Assembly: GCF_009914755.1 (NCBI RefSeq)
Contig: NC_060936.1
DNA length: 64,000 bases
Direction: 5' to 3' (one strand)
Origin: the human T2T-CHM13v2.0 reference genome, Homo sapiens
Both the position numbers and the translations under genes were made by a program. This document shows positions 14,410 through 27,361 of the stretch, piece after piece. The notes under the pieces were generated by a model, which worked only from the letters and a program-made list of their open reading frames with translations, did not search any database and was not told the DNA's origin. How positions within the stretch are numbered: the stretch's first letter is position 1; each line of letters opens with the position of its first letter.

Positions 14410-14551
14410 TGATAGTTTAAACTTTACAGTAGAGAATGAACTTCATACAGGTGAACTGTTTTGTTCATTACTATGCATGTATATGGTATCTACCACAGGG
14501 TTTGGAACATAGTATATGCTCAATAAGTAATTATTAAAGTAATTAATGAAT
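14410..14551 (+). mobile_element. L2 3' terminus (continuation of 5750-6457)
   Basis: 'tgttttgttcattactatg...ggaacatagtatatgctcaataagtaattattaaagtaattaatgaat'. Confidence 0.7.
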
Positions 14552-14899
14552 ACATCATATGTGCTCAGAGACTCTTTCAGTGTGCAATTGATACTATGTC
14601 ACACATACTATCTAATGGTATTGTTCTAAGTACTTTGGGGAATAAAAAGACAATTCAAATGTCTGGAAAAGACAGATATGTAGGCAAAAATATATAATAA
14701 TTTGCAGAATGAATTGAATCTTATAACAGAGGCACAACAACCAGAAGTAACTAATTTTGTTTCCTAGATTCAGGCAAGACTGGTTACTAGGGATCATTTT
14801 AGGCACTTAAACTGGGCCTGAAAACGATATAGGATTTCAATAGTAAAATAGAGTAAACACAGAAGTTCTGACTTAGATCACAGCCTCCTCCTGTCAGAC

Positions 14900-15390
14900 T
14901 GATACCTTTCCTATTCCGTTAGATGAGACACTTGCTTTGCATTTATGTGTGTGTTGACAGGTAGACAGAACAGATTGCCACATTAGCCCACCACCTACAG
15001 TTGATTGGATTTGAATTGACATCCTGATCCAAAATGATCTAATCAATTTTGTCCTCCTGAGATTTGTAGTTGCAATTTCAAAATCCCAGGCAGATAGTGG
15101 CAGGTCCTGATCCTTTTAGAAAATGTTAACTTGGAGTTCAGGACAACTTTGTTATTATTTTGTCATGAACATAGATAGGCAGGGCAGGCTGGTTAGATGT
15201 AAAGAGAAGAGTGAAGAATATGTAAGAAGTGTAGATGAAAAGAAAAGAGAAGAGACACACACACAGAGTGTTATGGTCTTTATATATTTTTCAGATTTTA
15301 TTTTCACTGCATTATGAGACTTACTTTATCCCCATTAATTAAGCTAGAGTTAATGTCTGTCTATTATTTCAACTGTAGAGAGCCTTAATG
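14900..15390 (+). mobile_element. Ancient ERVL-type LTR relic (LTR16/LTR33-like)
   Basis: 'gattggatttgaattgacatcctgatccaaaatgatctaatca' and end 'aagctagagttaatgtctgtctattatttcaactgtagagagccttaat'. Confidence 0.35.
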
Positions 15391-15919
15391 AAGACAGATG
15401 AAAAGGTGTAGGAAGAATTACAAACAGAGGAAAAAGTGATAAGCCAATCTGTAGAGCAGAGCATAGAGTATGTAGGGACATGATCTGTATGTTTTCCTAT
15501 TTCATGATCCCATTTTTGAATATCAAGAAGATGAATAAATTATTGATAGAAATCTGGCAACCTAAATCACCAATTATGGAGAAATAAAAATCTAAGTATA
15601 ATATAGTGTGTGAATTTTATTTCCTAGTAGAAAGTATTATGAAAGGATGAAGAAACCATTGGAATTGAGGTCCTATCTGTCAATTGGGTTGCAGTCTTTA
15701 CTTTGCCACTGACTAATTATATAATATTTTATAAGTTACTTGACCTCCCTGGGCCTTGGCTGATAAAGGACAAAAATATTTGAGATCTCTGGGTTCATCT
15801 AACTAAAAGGAGTGATGAATAGCAACTGAAACTATTTTTATTGTCTGGCAATTTCTAGTTCCTCTATTTTCTTTTGTATTGTGAAATTCATTGAGAGCTT
15901 GTTCTGATTTTGGATCTTA

Positions 15920-17430
15920 TGTGAGAGGCTGTGACACCTAGACGCATAAGTCACAGTTCCTGTCCTTGAAAATCTCACAGAAAAAGTAAATAGTAGGAGA
16001 GAGTCACGTAAATGAATTTTGATTCAGTTTGCTTTAATGATATGGACAACATTCCAAAAAATTGTTTAATTTTGCTTGGGATCAGAGTGTGATGGTGGGA
16101 AAAGGCTTTAGCAAAGAGGGAGCACTTTAACTAGACAATAAGGGAAGGGTATTCCATGCTGAGAGAAAGATAAGCGCATATGCCAGTTACTGACTTATTG
16201 CCTCTTGGGTCTATGTTCATACTTGGCAGCCTTTTCACAATTCGTTGCTTATAGCAACGAAATGGGTGCTTTAATAATTTTCCATTGTCAGCTGGAAAGA
16301 CGTTAAGCTTTGTCAATAGTAGATGCTAGAGAAACTGTGAAGGGGAAAAGATTTTGCTTTATAGTTCCAGGGGGTTGGCCGAACAGGTGCTCTTATGGCT
16401 TCTGCAGCTTTCAGCTTCTGTAGAGCACAGTAGCCAGCAGTACCCACAAACCTGCAGCTCCCCAAAGCAATACCTTGTGGTCATTTCACAGCACAGTGCC
16501 TCTGGCGAGACACGTTCTTATGAGTGGCTTACTCAGCAAGTCCCAGAGAGTGAATTTCCAGCAAATTTCTCTAGCACGATGACTTCTGTGCCATCCCTGA
16601 TTCATTGCCATGCACTCTCCAACAAATTCTGGATCTCAGCGTTTGGCAGAGGTGGGCTTCCTAATTGCTCTATCTCAGTCCTGGAGGTGATGGCTTTTCC
16701 CTTTAGCTGCTATTTCTATATTCTCTAGAGTTTGCTTTTCTTTTTTCTAGCCAATCCACTATAACTCAAATCCTCTGTTATAGTTAATCATTCTTTATAT
16801 TAAACTTTTCCTGTCCAAATTTTTCTTTCTTGGTAAGACTCTTCCTGTTACAAGGCAAAAACAGAGAGGCTTCAGAACACATAGCATATTCAGGAAAGAA
16901 ATACTGCATCCTAATGAAGTGTAGTTGGTGGGTGGAAAGGTGAATATAACATTGGATAGGTTGCCTGGCTCTCGGAAATCAAGAGGTGTGAATATTGTGG
17001 TAAGGATTTCAAGCTGCAAGTGATGGGTGTGCTTCTGTGTTCTAGGAAAACTCACTCTGAAAGCAGTGTGGAAGATTAATTGTTGTAGATGGGAAGGATT
17101 GGAGGCAGTATGATGCTTTTTTCGGTGGGGGGTATTACTATAATCCAGGAGACATATGAGAAGGGCCTTTATTAAAGCACTGACAGCCACAGATAGAGAG
17201 GGATGAATGCAAAGGAGGCAGAATTGAAAAAACTTGATGACCTTTTTGATAGCGAGATGAAGAATTTTTGTTTGATGATTTTATAGATTTGAGATTTTCA
17301 TACTGGATTACTGAGGGATGGTGATTTTATAACTTAGGTAGAAGTTAATAGAACAAACACGTTTGGGGAAATAGGGAATACTTTTATGTTTGTTTGAGGT
17401 ATGTTGATTTTAAAGAAACAAGAAGAAAAA
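15920..17430 (-). mobile_element. L2 fragments split by an LTR
   Basis: 'cacagttcctgtccttgaaaatctcacag' and 'aaaactcactctgaaagcagtgtggaagattaattg...ataatccaggagacatatg'. Confidence 0.6.
16178..16822 (+). mobile_element. ERVL LTR (LTR41/LTR33-like)
   Basis: 'ttccattgtcagctggaaagacgttaagctttgtcaatagtagatgctagag' and end 'ttaatcattctttatattaaacttttcctgtccaaat'. Confidence 0.6.
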
Positions 17431-17466
17431 TACTGGGTATTACTCTGTTTAAAATATACTGGACAA

Positions 17467-19290
17467 GAGCAATCAGGCAAGAGAAAGAAATGAAGGGCAT
17501 CCAAATAGGAAGAGAGAAAGTCAAACTATCTCTGTTCGCAGATGACATGATCCTATACCTAGAAAACTCCATAGACTTGGCTCTAAAGCTCATCAAGTTG
17601 ATAAACAACTTCAGTGAATTCTCAGGATACAAAATCAACATACAAAAATAACTAGCATTCCTATGCACCAAGAACAGTCAAGCTGAGAGCCAAATCAAGA
17701 ATGTAATCCCATTCACAATTGCCACAAAACAAATAAAATACCTAGGAATACAGCTAACCAGGGAGGTGAAAGATCTCTACAAGGAGATCTACAAAACACT
17801 GCTCAGAGAAATCAGAGATGACACGAACAAATGGAAAAACATTACATGCTCATGGATAAGAGGAATCAATATTGTTAAAGTGGCCATATTGCCCAAGCAA
17901 TATATACATTCAATGCTATTCCTATCCAACTACCAATGATATTTTTCACAGAACTAGAAAAAAACTATTTTAAAATTCATATGGAACAAAAAAAGAGCTT
18001 GAATAGCCAAGGCAATCCTAAGGAAAAAGAACAAAGTGGGAGGCATCATGCTACCCAACTTCAAACTATACTACAGGGCTACAATAACAAAAACAGCATA
18101 GCAGTCGTACAAAAACAGATACATAGACCAATGGAATAGAATAGAGAACCCAGACAGAAGGCCACCCACCTAGAACCATCTGATCTTTGACAAAGCTGCT
18201 GACAAAAACAAGCAATGGGAAAAGGACTTCCTATTCAATAAATGGTGCTGGGATAACTAGCTAGCCATACACAGGAGATTGAAACCTGACTGCTTCCTTA
18301 TACCATATACAAAAATCAACTCAAAATGGATTAAAGACTTAAATGTTAAACCCAAAACTATAATATCCCTGGAAGACAACCTAGGCAATACCATTTGAGA
18401 CTTAGAAATGGGCAAGATTTCATGATGAAGAAGACAAAAGCAATTGCAACAAAAGTAAAAATGGACAAATGGGATCTAATTGAACTAAAGAGTTTCTGCA
18501 CAGCAAAAGAAACTATCAACAGAGTAAACAGACAACCTACAGAATGGGAGAAAATTTTTGCAAACTATGCTTCTCTTAAAGGTCTAATATCCAGCATCTA
18601 TAAGGAACTTAAACAAATTTACAAGAGAAAAAAAAAGAACCCCATTAGAAAGTGGTAAAGGACATGAACAGACACTTTTCAAGATACATATACAGCCAAC
18701 AAGCCCGTTTTACAAAGCCCAACATCACTGATCATTAGAGAAGTGCAAATCAAAACCGCAATAAGATACCATCTCACGCCAATCATAAAGGCTATTACTA
18801 AAAATTAAAAAAAAATTTTTTTAAAGTGATATCTAGGTTGTGGAGAAAAAGAAATGCTTATAATACACTGTTCGTGGAATTGTAAATTTGTTCGACCATT
18901 GTAGAAAACAGTGTGGTGATTCCTTAAAGACCTAAAAATATAACTACCATTCAGCCCAGCAATCCTATTACTGGGTAGATGCCCAAAAGAACATGAATCG
19001 TTCTATCATAAAGACACACATGAATGTGTATGTTCTGTATGTTCATTTACAGCACTGTTCACAATAGCACAGACTTAGAATCTACCTAAATTCCCATAAA
19101 TGATAGACTGGATAAAGAAAATGTGGCACATATCATGGAATACTATGAAGCCATTAAAAAGAATGAGATCATGGCCTTTCCAGGAACATGGATGGAGCTG
19201 GAGGCCATTATCCTTAGCAAACTAATGCGGGAACAGAAAACCAAATACCACATGTTCTTACTTATAAGTGGGAGATAAATGAGGAGAACA
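17467..19290 (+). pseudogene. Disrupted LINE-1 ORF2p remnant (RT and C-terminal region)
   Basis: ORF-track fragments 17394-17651, 17936-18139 and 18395-18658 match L1 ORF2p but are broken by stops and frameshifts. Confidence 0.9.
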
Positions 19291-19500
19291 CATGGACACA
19301 TAGAGGGAAACAAGAGACAATGGGGCCTATCAAAGAATGGAAGGTGGAAGGAGAGAGATGATCAGAAAAAATAACTGGTGGGTACTAGGTTTAATACCTG
19401 GATGATGAAATAATCTGTACCACAAACCCCCATGATACAAGTTTACCTATGTAACAAACTTGCACATGTACCCTTGAACTTATAATAAAAGTTAAAAAAT
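17467..19500 (+). mobile_element. 5'-truncated L1PA (about L1PA10-13): ORF2 3' part and 3'UTR
   Basis: RT motif '[16 protein letters not shown]'; '[34 protein letters not shown]'; L1PA 3'UTR and AATAAA; perfect 13-bp TSD atatactggacaa (17454-17466 / 19501-19513). Confidence 0.96.
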
Positions 19501-20440
19501 ATATACTGGACAATAGTTTTTCTGTTGAGCTAAACTAAATAATTATTTATCCAATTTCCAAAATTTAAAAAATTTTGAGTGAGGCTTTTGCTCCTAAAGT
19601 AAATAAATTCCTTGCATGTTTTCCCAATACATTTTCTTCTTGGATTCCTTCATAGGGTTTCTGAAATTTCTTCTTAAAACACCCTACAGATGGTAACTAT
19701 AGAAGACAATGAATATTTTACTTTTAAAACAATGTTTATATTTTAGTAGTGCAGAATGAAAATTGGAGGCCCAGTGAATAAAGGGTCAGTATTTAGCTCT
19801 TTTTCAGCTAAATACTTAGAGTTTGGATTTTGTATCCCATTACTTCAAAAAGCCATTCTTTGGAGTTGTATTAATTCTGTGAGATATCTGCATTTCCAGA
19901 AGGCTCTGTTCACTCTCTGAGTATTTTGTCTGGTAATGATCGGAACTGTAGTTGCCTTCAAGGGACTGAAGACCCAGAGCAAAGCTCTCCAAAGAACAAT
20001 GTGCATGCACAGGCTGTGGCAGAGAATGCCGAATGTGGCACTTGCTGGAGCTGACAAATCCACTTGTGCTGCCAGGGTGTGGGATGCTGCCTGTTCCCTG
20101 AGGTGGGCAGCTGACAGGCAAGCAAAGAAGCCTTTAAAGACTGGCTTAGGATATTAACATCAGGCGGTTATGGTTATGGAATTGCTAGCCTTCAGCTGCC
20201 TCAGGAACATACCAGTGTGGGGTGCATGGTACCTTCATCAGAATGCCATTTTCTGTGTTGCAACAGGAATTTAGAAACATGCGGATTGTGATACATTAAT
20301 ATGATTTAACTTCAGAAAAGGAACCAGTAGTAAGCTTTATGAGATAGCTTAACAAAGCTCTGTTCCTTTTCTCTCTATTATTTATTCAGCTGCTTACTTA
20401 GCTCTTTAATTATTATAGGAAGCACACATGTGCAAGCATG

Positions 20441-20458
20441 CACACACACACACACACA
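20441..20458 (+). repeat. (CA)9 microsatellite
   Basis: Read directly. Confidence 0.85.
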
Positions 20459-21544
20459 AAATTGAAAAAAACAAACAAACAAAAAGAATTCTCCTTGAAA
20501 TGGCAATTATCAAGGACAGGAAAAGATTCACTCCAGTGTAATGAAGTGAGCATAATCCTGATGTGTGCTATCTTCTCTGTGCAAATACAGTGAAAACAAA
20601 TGATTTATATTGTACTTGAGCACACTGTTTATTAAGATGGGAGGATGTGTTACCAGTCTGATTACTTTTTTTGCTCATTGCTGTAGTGTTATCAACTCCA
20701 TGCATGTATGTGCGTGTAACTAAAAGAGCAGCTCAATAAAATTTTCTGGTAGCCAAAGCAAAATATTTTAAGGCTTCTAAGAAAAAAAAAGAGTGCATAG
20801 GGTGGTTTCATTTAAGCTTTGCTTTTGCTAATCCTCTCTGTTTGTACATGAATTGCTGAATGCCACACCTAGAATTCTAATGAAAGGAATTTGAGGAAGA
20901 AGTCAAAGCCGGTCCATCTCACGTAAGTTGTCAGTTCCTGGGGAGGTACTTCCTTATTTTATATTGACAGTGTTGATTTCTTTGATCTATAATGATACCA
21001 AAGACATTTTTGTTATTTCTTCATACACTTCCTTTTAAAGGACATTTATATGTTGGATTGAGGGCCCCCAGCATATATCCCAGTATATACCTCGGCTTCC
21101 TTTGGGGAACCACCCCACCTGCAGTTTGTGTTGCTTTTACAGAATGGTAAATCCAGATGTAAATAACTTAGCTCCTTTGGAAGTCCAAAGGCCAAAATTC
21201 TTTCTCCATCTGCCTGGTACAACTAGGAGAAGGAAAATGATTTACCTTTGCTCAGCTGGAAACTTTCTTCAAGACTGTGAATGCAGAGCAAGTGACACAG
21301 GGGCATAAAATGTCTGAAATATACTTATCTTAATGGCCAGGTATGAGCCAGGTGATTCTTGTTATGTGATGGTTTATGTGCTTTGTGCTGTCTGGCCTCC
21401 CAGAGCTGTCTAGGTCCCATCTACTCCCACATCTAATATTCACCAATTCTATGAAAATTTCAATTGTCAGCCTCCATTCCAATATATCCCCTCAAATTAG
21501 CCAGTGGTTTTGTGATAACTGCACATAATGTAAAGATGAAGACT

Positions 21545-21710
21545 GAGGATTGGAGGTCAAAAGATGTAGAAGCCTAGGCCCAGCCCTGATAAATTAAGTC
21601 TATAACTTTGGGTAAGTCACTTAACCTCTGTTGGTCTCAGTCCTTTTATTGGTAATTGAAGGGATCAAGCCAGAGAAAGTTCTATTCCAGCTTGATTCTA
21701 AGGATCTTTG
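21545..21710 (+). mobile_element. MIR/MIR3 fragment
   Basis: 'aactttgggtaagtcacttaacctctgttggtctcagt...ttccagcttgattctaagg'. Confidence 0.65.
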
Positions 21711-23639
21711 GGCTACTGGCCAAATTTGTCTTGATTTTCATCCAGAGAAGAATGCTAGTGTCAAGCTGATTGTGGAATAGAGTAATCAGAGATGAAACAG
21801 TGCCTCAAACGTTGTAAGTTAACTGTGGAGGACATCTAGTATTATTGTTGCCCTTATTCTGATAAGAGCAACAGGATTTTCCTTTGGTAAATCACCAGCC
21901 CCCAATCTTGGCACATGTTCTTCAAGAGGGTCTGAAGCCATTTGGTGTCAAAGGGACGATGGACCTGGTAAATGACAGAATCATAACCTTCAGCTACAGT
22001 AATTGTTTTGAGAGCACATGGGACCTAAGCGAGGCCACAGTTGCAGAAAGTATCAAGGAAAAAAGAATACTCTTGAGGGTATTACTAAACTGGCCAGATA
22101 GCACCCCTGGGCTGCTAAGTCGTTTTGCAGATGCACAGCCTGCCATGTGGAAAGCACGACCAAAGAAGAGGAGACACGTTTGAAATGCTGAATCCAGTCA
22201 GTCAAAGTCAAACCTGAACCAATAAGTGGCTTCTACCTGCCTGCCCCGCCTAGCGCCCATCCAGAGGACGGCTGACTTTCAGTCTTTTGCAGTCAAAATT
22301 GTCCTGATTAACACAGCATTCAATATATCTTTTCAATACATCACTTGCTTGAAAGCTTCAAAGGCAAATCTAAGACTCAAGGATCTTCTCCAAGTGGGGA
22401 AAGAGAGATTGTTTAAATAGAGTGCTGAATTATGTGGGCAGATGAGAAGTGCAGAAAAGAATTTCTCATGGATTGTAGCGATGACTATGAACCAATACGT
22501 TACTACATTCCATGCCCTCCCCTCAAAGGAAAAAGTAATCTATATGGGAATTATTTTTTAACATTCTTGAAGGTATATTAAAGTCGTAAAGGCTGTGAAG
22601 GCATGTTTTGGTCCAATGGAATGGCTCTGTTGCAACTTTGTGTATCTGGATTTGTTTTCGCTGTGTATATTCCTAGCTATGAATAGAACAACCAATATAC
22701 ACAGCTTATTACCCACCACTTCACTGCTTCTAGTGCTGCAAAAAAGTCATCTATCTCTTTCCTCATTTCTCTTGCCTCTATGACATGACACTTGGCTCTT
22801 TTATCCAATATTTAGACATAAAACATCTCTCAATAGTATGTAGACTGACATATCTGTTTGTTTTTCCAAGTAATTGAGGGTCAGTGCTTTTCTAGTTAGT
22901 TTCTTTTGAAGACCAATTTTTTAAAAAATATATGCTGGCATCTTTTCATATCTGTATTTCAGATAGTGCAGTAGAACAAGCACCTGATTACTATATGCAA
23001 ATGAGAATAGGGTTTTCTTTTTAACCATAAACAAATTTATAAAAATTAAGCCCACCAATCCAAGCAAAATAATGATGATGATGATAATGATAGTAAGTTT
23101 TTGTTGCAACAGACATGAATGATAACTTTCTAACTTTTTAGGACTGTTGCATAGATATCAGTTGAAAGATGTGTGTGATTGCAGGCAGATAAGCTGTAAC
23201 TCCACTATATTCTTTCCCACTGATCTGAACACAATAGATAGAGTTATCACATCTAGTTAGAGATCTGTTACTCTAGGTAGCTAGCTCTGAATCTTTTCAC
23301 CTGAGTATAAATGCTGTCAGAGGGCAATATCATGGTAAGTGACAGATTAAAGATATATAATATGCTTTGCAGCATTTCATTCATAAAAGAAAAAACAAGA
23401 ACATTACTTTTTAAATTGGGGAGAGAGGAGAAGCTGGAGAAGAGGGATGCAATCTAAATGGCAATGTAGTAATCAAAAACTTAAGATGTACATGAAATTA
23501 CATATACTTTATTTTTTGACAGAATTAGTACATATTCATTGTCTAATGTTTAGAAGATGAAATCAAGTCAGAAGAAGAAAAAAATTATTAATTTGTAATT
23601 TTCCCAGACATAAAGTCTAAATATACTGTAATCCACGAT

Positions 23640-23879
23640 CAGTGTTTTCAAGCGTTACCATGATCCCCAGTAAGAGATACCCTTTACCTTGTAATGTCAT
23701 ATATACACACTTGTTCATATATGTACAATTAAAACAAAATTTCACAAAGTAGTATTTACTTATCCTTACTATAAGTGATATACTGTGTCATCCTCTGCCT
23801 TTCTCTTCTTTTCTCTTCTCTGCTTTCATTTAGAAAAGAAAATTGCCTATTTATTATGCTGCACAATTTAAAATCACTG
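23640..23879. mobile_element. hAT-Charlie-type non-autonomous DNA transposon
   Basis: TIR-like ends 'cagtgtttt' and 'aaaatcactg'; internal 'cagtaagagataccctttac' and 'tacttatccttactataagtgatatactgtg'. Confidence 0.6.
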
Positions 23880-24024
23880 GGAAAATTCCTGTGGAATGAG
23901 AGTAGGTCATTTCTTTTGAGACTCTTATATATAATTATGTTTATGTGGATATTTCTACTTTCTCATAAGGCAGCATTATTAAAATGGAAGTATTGCCATT
24001 TACATCATGGATTATATAACCATT

Positions 24025-24635
24025 GGTTTAATCTAGATTGTGCAGAAGTTATAAACAACCCAAATCTCTGTGATTTAACATAACATGGACTTATTCTTGC
24101 TTATGCTACATATCCATCATGGCTCCCCAGTTGCACTCTGATCCTAAGAAATCCAGGTGGGTGGAATGACTACTCTCTTCATATCAGTTAGTATACACTA
24201 AATTATGCTGCAGTAATAATCATCCTCAAAATCTCAGTAATTTACAGCAAACCAGTTTATTTCTTGTTCACATTAATGTCTTATTTTGGCCAACTATAAT
24301 CTGCTTCATCTTGTCTTCATTCCAGCGCCCAATCTAAAGGAGCACCTTGAATCTGGGCATGCTAATATCCTGGAAGAAAAAGAAAGAACAGCTGAACAAA
24401 GTAGTTGATCTTAAAGCTATTTCTCAGAAGGGGCACACATCGCTTCCACTCACATTTCACTGATACATGGCTATTGTTCAGCTCAAGCTTGACGTCATTA
24501 GGGAGGACTTCTAATCCTCTAATAGGAAGGGGACTTTAAGGAGGGACTCTGTAAGAGACAGACAATTATTTTCACAATAATACAATTTACCATGGTTTTA
24601 TGTGTTGCTGGTTGCCATGACAGAGAAAAGAGAGC
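24025..24635 (-). mobile_element. Two ancient MLT1 (J/K/L-like) LTRs, one (about 24182-24592) nested in the other
   Basis: Two copies of the MLT1 antisense start ('gttataaacaacccaaatctctgtgatttaac', 'ttatgctgcagtaataatcatcctcaaaatctcagt'); 'cacacatcgcttccactcacatttcactg'. Confidence 0.6.
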
Positions 24636-25334
24636 TATTACAATGACATATACTTATCCTGTAAGTGGCACTTTATTTCAATCTTCTACTTATTGGCTAA
24701 AAGAAGTCCAATGCTCCAATCCAAGAATAAGAAGACCAGAAAGTACACTATCCTGGTCTGGAAGTGGCAGAGAATGTGAAACCTTTGGCAACCAGCACTA
24801 ATTAAATAGATAGAATGTTCTTCATCTTGGCAAGCTGCCTCCTGGTTGTCCATTTGGACAGTGTAAGCTTCAAATGATAGAGCTGAAATCATGTATACAA
24901 ACAAAGAGTTTTCAAAACAGAAGTTAGAATGCAATCTGTTGTGTTGGAATTGAATATCTTCTATGTGACAGAACCATGTCTCCTTTAGCACTAGAAAATC
25001 TGAATCAGAGACTCATAGAATCTTGAGTGCAGAATAGAAATGCACGGTTCCGTGTTCAAAATACAAAGCGTTTTTCTTTCTTCCTAGGCCTGTCATTGTG
25101 TTTTTTACATGCTCTAGTATCACCCTTCCTGGAGCACAGGGATACTTGCATAGCAGACATAGACTGTCACACACATCATGTCTTATAATTTGCTGTTCAG
25201 GACATGAATATCTGACCTCAACCCTCTCTAACACCCCACAAAGGCAAAGACTCGCAGCAGTTGCTAGAGTGATATGTGGAAGTGGATTATTCAAAGCCTA
25301 TTCCAGGAAGGTGGAAGGGACCAGAATGCCAAAC

Positions 25335-25537
25335 TGTGTGTAGTCAAGGCTCCAAGCCCATCATGCATGTTCCATTGTCTCATTGGATTTCACTTACAAA
25401 ACACAAATTCAACAGAAAATTGTTATTAGGAATTTCAAGATAGTGACCACAAAGTATTAAACTCCAAGTGCAGAGATTCTTTCTAGTTCTAGGCCATGTG
25501 TGGCTGCACTGGTTGCATGCCCATGACGCTGGCCCTG
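25335..25537 (-). mobile_element. MER45-family hAT-Tip100 DNA transposon
   Basis: Reverse complement begins 'cagggccagcgtcatgggcatgcaaccagtgcagccacac' and includes 'tcttgaaattcctaataa'. Confidence 0.75.
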
Positions 25538-25852
25538 GGTGGAAGAGTCAGAAAAGGCCAAGTACATTTAATATCCAAGTCCACCCAGGAACCTTCCTAC
25601 ACTTGTTCTGCAGTTGTATAAAATGATGTCTCATGTTTCCAAAATTAAGGATAAACTATGATAGTAAAGGAGAAATGTCATGCTTCAGGCACCGTCAAGT
25701 TGAATATTGGTTCCGGGGTAGGGCTCCATGGGGACCTTTGGCTTTGATGAGTGATCTGAGCTGGAGTTCCAGTGACAGTGAATATGTTGCCTTGGCCAAA
25801 TCCAGCTCTGAGCATGAGCATCTTCATCTATAATGTGTAGGCTAAGGATAAC

Positions 25853-26251
25853 TGCCTTAGTCTGCTCAGGCCGCCATAACAAAATATCCCAGACTGTGTG
25901 GCTTAAACAATGGAAATTTTTGTTTCTTACAGTTCTAGAGGCTGGAAGTCCAAGATCAAATGCTGGCAAGGTAGGTTTTATTATGAGACCTCTCATCTTG
26001 GCTTGTTGGTGGCTCTCATCTTACTGTATCTTCAAATGGTGGGGGGAGGGCGGAGGGAGAGAGGGAGGGGGAGAAACTCTTTGGTGTCTCTTCTTATAAA
26101 AGCACTAATTCCATCAGACCAGGGTCCCGCCATCAGAACATCATCTAATCCTAATTGATTTCCCAAAGCCCCATTTCCAAATACTATCATGTTGGGGTTT
26201 AGGGCTTGAACACATGAATTTTGGGTAGTCACAAACATTGAGTCCATAAAA
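25853..26251 (-). mobile_element. MLT1A/B-type solo LTR
   Basis: 'tgccttagtctgctcaggccgccataacaaaatatcccagact' to 'aacattgagtccataaaa'; perfect 5-bp TSD ataac (25848-25852 / 26252-26256). Confidence 0.9.
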
Positions 26252-26489
26252 ATAACTATTGGTTATTATCATCTTGGTAATCATTCCAGATATCATATTT
26301 AAAGGATCTGGAATTCAGTCAGGCTGGCACATTATGAATAAGAAATGGTGCCTAATTTCTGTGGTACTCAGAATCAATATGCAGTAACTAATTGAGATGT
26401 AGCAAGTTTTATTTTATAAACAAAGCAGGTGGCTAGAGAGGATTTGTTATTTTCTGTATTAAATTTTTTAATTTTTCTAAACAACATAG

Positions 26490-27165
26490 TTACATTTTTT
26501 TAAATTTAATATTGACATAATCAACATGATATTGATAAATATATCTATATTATAAAGCATAACATTAAGATGGACACCTTTGAACCCTGCAAAAATTTAA
26601 GAATTAGCATATCTCAAATATTTCATGTTCTCACTTTTACGTGGAAGCTTAAAAAGTAGATCTCATAGAAGTATAATAGAAGAATAGTGGTTACTAGAGG
26701 TGGGGAATGGTAGGGGGAGAGAGGATAGCCAAAGGTAAGTTAACAAATACAAAAGTACCACTAAATAGGAGGAATAGGTTATATTGTTCTACAGTTTATT
26801 AATAACAACTTATTGTATATTTTCAAATAGTGAGAAGAGTAAATTTTGAATGTCCCATACACAAAGAAATGATATGTGTTTGAGGTGCTGAATATTCTAA
26901 TTCTCCTGATTTGATCATTACACATTGTATACATGTATTGAAATATCACACTGTATCCCATAAATATGTATGATTATTATGTGTCAATTAAAAATAATAC
27001 AAGCAAAAAAGAGCTATCATATCTTCACTATAGTTAAATATATTCCCCTCTATCTCATGTCTGCCTTCCTCCTACAAGTAAACACTACTTTGAAATTTGT
27101 GTATCATTCCCTTACCTTTTACTCTTAGAACTGTCACACATTTATATAGTTCAAAGCAATATGTG
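26490..27165 (-). mobile_element. Old L1ME-type 3' fragment, interrupted by an L1MA 3' end
   Basis: 'tataaagcataacattaagatggacacctttgaacc' and 'gtaaacactactttgaaatttgtgtatcattcccttacc'. Confidence 0.5.
26615..27008 (+). mobile_element. 5'-truncated L1MA 3'UTR
   Basis: 'catgttctcact...gatctcatagaagta...gatttgatcattacacattgtatacatgtattgaaatatcacactgtatcccataaatatgta' with A-rich tail; degraded TSD aagaattagcatatct / aagagctatcatatct (13/16). Confidence 0.9.
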
Positions 27166-27361
27166 TATTAGTTATCTACTGCTGCATAACAATTTAGTCT
27201 AAAACTCAGCATAGCATCTTGAAACAGCAAACCTTTATTATCTTCACTTTTTGTGGGTCAGAAATAAGAACAAGGAAATTGATTTTTTGGAGCTGCCATA
27301 ACAAAGTACCGCAAACTGGGTGGATTAAAACAATAGAAATTTGTTCTCTCACAATCTTGGA
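27164..27361 (-). mobile_element. Two truncated MLT1 LTR ends
   Basis: 'tgtattagttatctactgctgcataacaa' and 'gctgccataacaaagtaccgcaaactgggtggattaaaacaatagaaatttgttctctcaca'. Confidence 0.7.

Noticed and set aside
21884-22183. 99-aa ORF in unique DNA ending in an NLS-like RPKKRR
   Set aside because: TTG start, no recognisable domain, and a length expected by chance in 64 kb; no support without conservation or Ribo-seq data.
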